Of a stretch of 64,000 bases of DNA, positions 60,887-64,000 are shown piece after piece. The notes beneath the pieces are model-generated. The model had not been told where the DNA came from. It worked only from the letters and a program-made list of their open reading frames with translations, and ran no database searches. The stretch lies in assembly GCA_902801815.1 (NCBI GenBank), contig CADCJT010000005.1, positions 38,099-102,098 of the forward strand, given 5' to 3'. Made by a program: the position numbers and the translations under genes. Numbering within the stretch: position 1 is the first letter of the stretch; each line of letters starts with the position of its first letter. The stretch is from an uncultured Bacteroidia bacterium. Lineage in GTDB: Bacteria > Bacteroidota > Bacteroidia > Bacteroidales > F082.

Positions 60887-63030
60887 TGCGTTCTGCAATG
60901 AATAACACGCTGACTCCCCCTAAAGCCGCCATCCATCCCCATGAGATGACGATACATGGCCATACCCGTGTCGACAACTATTATTGGCTCAACGAGCGCG
61001 AAAACCCTGAGGTTATCGCTTATCTCGAAGCAGAAAACCAATATGAGGAAGCATGCCTGAAACATACCGAACCGCTTCAGGAGCAGTTGTTTAAGGAGAT
61101 CACGGGCCGCATCAAGCAAGACGACAACTCGGTGCCGATTAAGATTCGTGAGTATTACCACTACACGCGTTACGAGGAGGGGAAGGAGTATCCCATCTAT
61201 TGCCGCAAACACCATAGCCTTGATGCGCCAGAAGAGATTTTACTCGATGGCAATGTGCTGGCCAAAGGCCATGCCTTTTTCGAGATTGGCGAGCTTAGCC
61301 TTAGCGAGGACGACAAGCTGCTGGCCTATTCTGTCGATACCGTGAGTCGCCGTATCTATACCGTTTATGTCAAAGACTTGGAAACGGGCGAGCTGGTCGG
61401 TGAGCCCATCTCCGGCACTTCGGGCAATGTGGTCTGGGCTAGCGACAACACGACGCTTTTCTATGGCGTGAAAGACGAGACCTTGCGGCCTTGCAAGATT
61501 ATGCGCCACCGTTTGGGAACGGCTGCTGCCGATGATGTGTTGGTTTACGAAGAGACCGATGAGACTTTCGTGTGTTACATCAGCAAGACGAAATCAAGAA
61601 AATATCTGATCATCAACTCGGATTCGACGCTGTCGTCGGAATGCCGCATCCTCGAGAGCAGCCAGCCCACTAATGAGTTCCGTGTGTTTCAGGAGCGTCA
61701 GCCCGACATGCTGTATGGTATCGACCATTACAAGGAGCATTTCTATATCCAAACCAATGCCGATGGTGCGAAGAACTACAAGATCATGCGGACACCCGTC
61801 GAAGAGACCGAAATGACGCATTGGATGGAAGTCATCGCCCACCGTGAGAAGGTGATGATTGAAAGCTTCACTATCTTCAGCAAGTTTTTTGTCATCGAGG
61901 AACGCGAGAACGGCTTGGTGAAGATTCGTGTTCGTTCTTGGGACGGCAGCACTGACTATTATCTTGATTTCGGTGAGCCGGCCTATACCGCTGGTGTGGG
62001 TGCCAATCCCGACTTTGATGCCGTCACCTTGCGTTATGCCTACAACTCCATGACTACGCCTTCGTCGGTCTACGAATGGGATATGGAACATCGCACCAAG
62101 ACCTTGCTCAAACGTCAGGAAATCGTGGGTGGCTATAACCCAGAGGAGTATGTCACCGAGCGCTTGATGGCACCTTCGCATGACGGCGTGTTGGTGCCGA
62201 TTTCGATCGTTTATAAGAAAAACGTGGATACCACGGTCCCTGAGCCCGTCGAAGGGCCGCGCACAAAAGGGTCGGGCCCTTCGACGGGCTCAGGGCCCCT
62301 TAATCGACCATTGGTGTTATATGGTTATGGCTCCTACGGCTCCAGCATGGATGCCTACTTCTCAGTGGCACGCCTCAGCCTCTTGAATCGTGGCTTCGTC
62401 TGGGCCATCGCCCACATCCGTGGCGGCGAGGAGATGGGACGACAGTGGTACGACGATGGTAAGATGCTGAACAAGAAGAACACCTTCCTCGATTTTATCG
62501 CCTGTGCCGAATACCTTATTAATAAAGGCTACACTGCTCCGCAAAAAATGTTCGCCATGGGCGGCAGCGCTGGTGGATTGTTGGTAGGCGCTGTGGTCAA
62601 CATGCGTCCCGACTTGTGGAAGGGCGTCATCGCCCAAGTGCCTTTCGTTGACGTGGTCACCACCATGCTTGACGAGAGCATTCCGTTGACGACGGGCGAA
62701 TACGACGAGTGGGGCAACCCCAATGAGAAGCAGTATTACGACTACATGCTTTCCTATTCGCCTTACGACAATGTGGAGGCTAAGGACTATCCTGCCATGC
62801 TCATCACCACGGGATTGCACGACAGTCAGGTGCAGTATTGGGAGCCTGCCAAGTGGGCGGCCAAGCTTCGTGCCTTGAAGACGGACAAGAATCCTTTGTA
62901 CCTGAAGACCGAGATGGATTACGGACATGGTGGCGCTTCGGGTCGTTTCGAAGGATACAAGGAAGTTGTTTTGGAATATGCTTTCATGTTGGACGAACTG
63001 GGAATGATATCATCTAAAAACGAAGAATAA
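60886..63030 (+). CDS. ptrB: S9A serine peptidase, oligopeptidase B-like
   Basis: 714 aa. YGYGSYGSS, catalytic GGSAGGLL, VPFVDVVTTMLDESIPLTTGEYDEWGNP, TGLHDSQVQYWEPAKW, GHGG. Confidence 0.85.
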   Translation: MRSAMNNTLTPPKAAIHPHEMTIHGHTRVDNYYWLNERENPEVIAYLEAENQYEEACLKHTEPLQEQLFKEITGRIKQDDNSVPIKIREYYHYTRYEEGKEYPIYCRKHHSLDAPEEILLDGNVLAKGHAFFEIGELSLSEDDKLLAYSVDTVSRRIYTVYVKDLETGELVGEPISGTSGNVVWASDNTTLFYGVKDETLRPCKIMRHRLGTAAADDVLVYEETDETFVCYISKTKSRKYLIINSDSTLSSECRILESSQPTNEFRVFQERQPDMLYGIDHYKEHFYIQTNADGAKNYKIMRTPVEETEMTHWMEVIAHREKVMIESFTIFSKFFVIEERENGLVKIRVRSWDGSTDYYLDFGEPAYTAGVGANPDFDAVTLRYAYNSMTTPSSVYEWDMEHRTKTLLKRQEIVGGYNPEEYVTERLMAPSHDGVLVPISIVYKKNVDTTVPEPVEGPRTKGSGPSTGSGPLNRPLVLYGYGSYGSSMDAYFSVARLSLLNRGFVWAIAHIRGGEEMGRQWYDDGKMLNKKNTFLDFIACAEYLINKGYTAPQKMFAMGGSAGGLLVGAVVNMRPDLWKGVIAQVPFVDVVTTMLDESIPLTTGEYDEWGNPNEKQYYDYMLSYSPYDNVEAKDYPAMLITTGLHDSQVQYWEPAKWAAKLRALKTDKNPLYLKTEMDYGHGGASGRFEGYKEVVLEYAFMLDELGMISSKNEE
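62238..62295. repeat. Perfect 21-bp inverted repeat CCCTGAGCCCGTCGAAGGGCC / GGCCCTTCGACGGGCTCAGGG with a 16-nt spacer, inside the ptrB reading frame
   Basis: Read directly. It is translated in frame as PEPVEGPRTKGSGPSTGSG. Confidence 0.85.
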
Positions 63031-63347
63031 TGAAACTATGTAAAGAAGGAAACTACTGGAAAGCTTGTTATGACCAACAACGCAACAAGTACTATGGCTA
63101 TCTCATGTACACCAATCGAGAAGGGCAGACTCGCTTCCTTTATGAGATTACCAAGGAAATCTTCGATAGGTTGGGGTCATTCCCTGACGACTATGACAAC
63201 GACCAACTGATTCAAACGGGTCGGTTGCTCTTCCATTTCGAGAACACTATGTATGGGACCATGGGCCCCGAGCGCCATGTCCTAGACGACAGCTACACTG
63301 AAAGCGATTTTGACAAGGCGTTTGAGGAATTGAAGAAGAAACGATAG
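63030..63347 (+). CDS. Hypothetical small protein
   Basis: 105-aa ORF. Its start overlaps the ptrB stop by one base (TAATG); the A at 63030 is shared. No recognisable motif. Confidence 0.45.
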   Translation: MKLCKEGNYWKACYDQQRNKYYGYLMYTNREGQTRFLYEITKEIFDRLGSFPDDYDNDQLIQTGRLLFHFENTMYGTMGPERHVLDDSYTESDFDKAFEELKKKR

Positions 63348-63426
63348 GGGAGAATTGCATAATTCCTTGGCAAAAGAGAATAAGTTTTGCTATTTTTGCG
63401 CACTCAAACCGAAGGAAAAATCTGAT

Positions 63427-64000
63427 ATGAAGAGAATAGCATTGGTTGTTGCCGCTATATTGTTGGCATTTAGTGGTTTCGCTCAAAAACAACCCAAGTT
63501 TACCGAAGAAGATGCCAAGCAGTTTTACCGCACGATGCAGGGCGATTATGTCATGCAGGTGAACGATTCTACGACGGCGATGGTGCATTTTGTCCCGATT
63601 TGGGAGCGACCCGACAACCGTTTCCAATGGATGTATGTGGAGGCGTCGATCGGTAAAAATGTGGTCTTTCAGAAAATCCTTGAATTGCAACCGAAGACCG
63701 ACAAGAAGTTCCGTGTATATCTTTATGACTTGAAGAATCCTGCAGAATTTGCCGGAAAATGGGCCAACCGCAACTATTTCGACGGCTTCAACACCAGCAT
63801 CCTCAAGGGCAAGAAACGCATGACGTTTGTGAAGACCTCCGACTTCTCCTATCAGACGAATGATGGTCCAACGCGCTATGGCGCTTTGGACTGTTTCCCG
63901 AAAGGCGACCTGCTGCATGTCAAGTTCGTGCAGGAGGACGAGCGCTTCTACATCAAACGTGTGCCTAAAGGAACGAGTCGAATCATTGGCTATCAAGGCC
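63427..64000 (+). CDS. Hypothetical secreted protein, 3' end outside the window
   Basis: Not in the ORF track. ATG 63427 opens MKRIALVVAAILLAFSGFAQ (signal peptide) and the frame stays open to the window end. A -7 box TATTTTTG lies ~35 nt upstream. I prefer it to the antisense ORF 63247-63996. Confidence 0.55.
   Translation, partial: MKRIALVVAAILLAFSGFAQKQPKFTEEDAKQFYRTMQGDYVMQVNDSTTAMVHFVPIWERPDNRFQWMYVEASIGKNVVFQKILELQPKTDKKFRVYLYDLKNPAEFAGKWANRNYFDGFNTSILKGKKRMTFVKTSDFSYQTNDGPTRYGALDCFPKGDLLHVKFVQEDERFYIKRVPKGTSRIIGYQG

Noticed and set aside
63247-63996. 249-aa minus-strand ORF at the window end
   Set aside because: The plus strand carries an open frame from ATG 63427 with a clean signal peptide and a TATTTTTG box upstream. 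The minus ORF also overlaps the 63030-63347 gene tail.
1-64000. Integrase, transposase, rRNA, prophage or conjugation genes
   Set aside because: No ORF in the track shows recombinase (R..H..R..Y), DDE transposase, or phage structural motifs. No rRNA-like sequence was noticed.

Overview
This is a 64-kb chromosomal segment of a Bacteroidota genome. I infer it is Prevotella-like from the TAnnTTTG -7 promoter boxes, T9SS C-terminal sorting domains, SPII lipoproteins and gene content. It has three parts. (1) 1-16.3 kb holds housekeeping genes (sugar-transferase fragment, tdk, rsmI, udk, tRNA-Gln, ung, rdgB). These are interrupted by a tight tandem array of six paralogous lipoprotein genes (5092-12873) built from eight copies of one ~300-aa module. 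(2) ~16.3-32.95 kb is a repeat-riddled accessory island. Its core (18.2-28.4 kb) is visibly AT-rich and carries defence genes: an AAA_21-type ATPase with a decayed RloB partner, then one gap-free six-gene operon. That operon is an HNH nuclease, a SAM-methyltransferase::HIT fusion and a complete Wadjet jetABCD. The HNH/MTase-HIT pair is not part of canonical Wadjet and is my top candidate for an undescribed module. The right arm of the island holds a RhuM-family gene and a small nuclease-like gene that share a duplicated ~300-bp promoter module. It also holds a tandem set of repeat-borne promoter cassettes, each followed by a short hairpin-terminated transcript (candidate sRNAs), three consecutive CCCGGG-centred palindromes, and about 12 copies of a ~57-bp GC-rich palindromic repeat. 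I saw no integrase, transposase, CRISPR array or rRNA. (3) 32.95-64 kb is housekeeping: alaS, M23 peptidase, merR-like, rluD, PASTA protein, ddl, frr, pyrH, secA, coaD, pyrE, birA and ptrB, plus three T9SS-sorted proteins and a TonB-dependent receptor. ptrB carries an in-frame perfect 21-bp inverted-repeat element. All functional calls rest on motifs read by eye from the translations; no database search was run.
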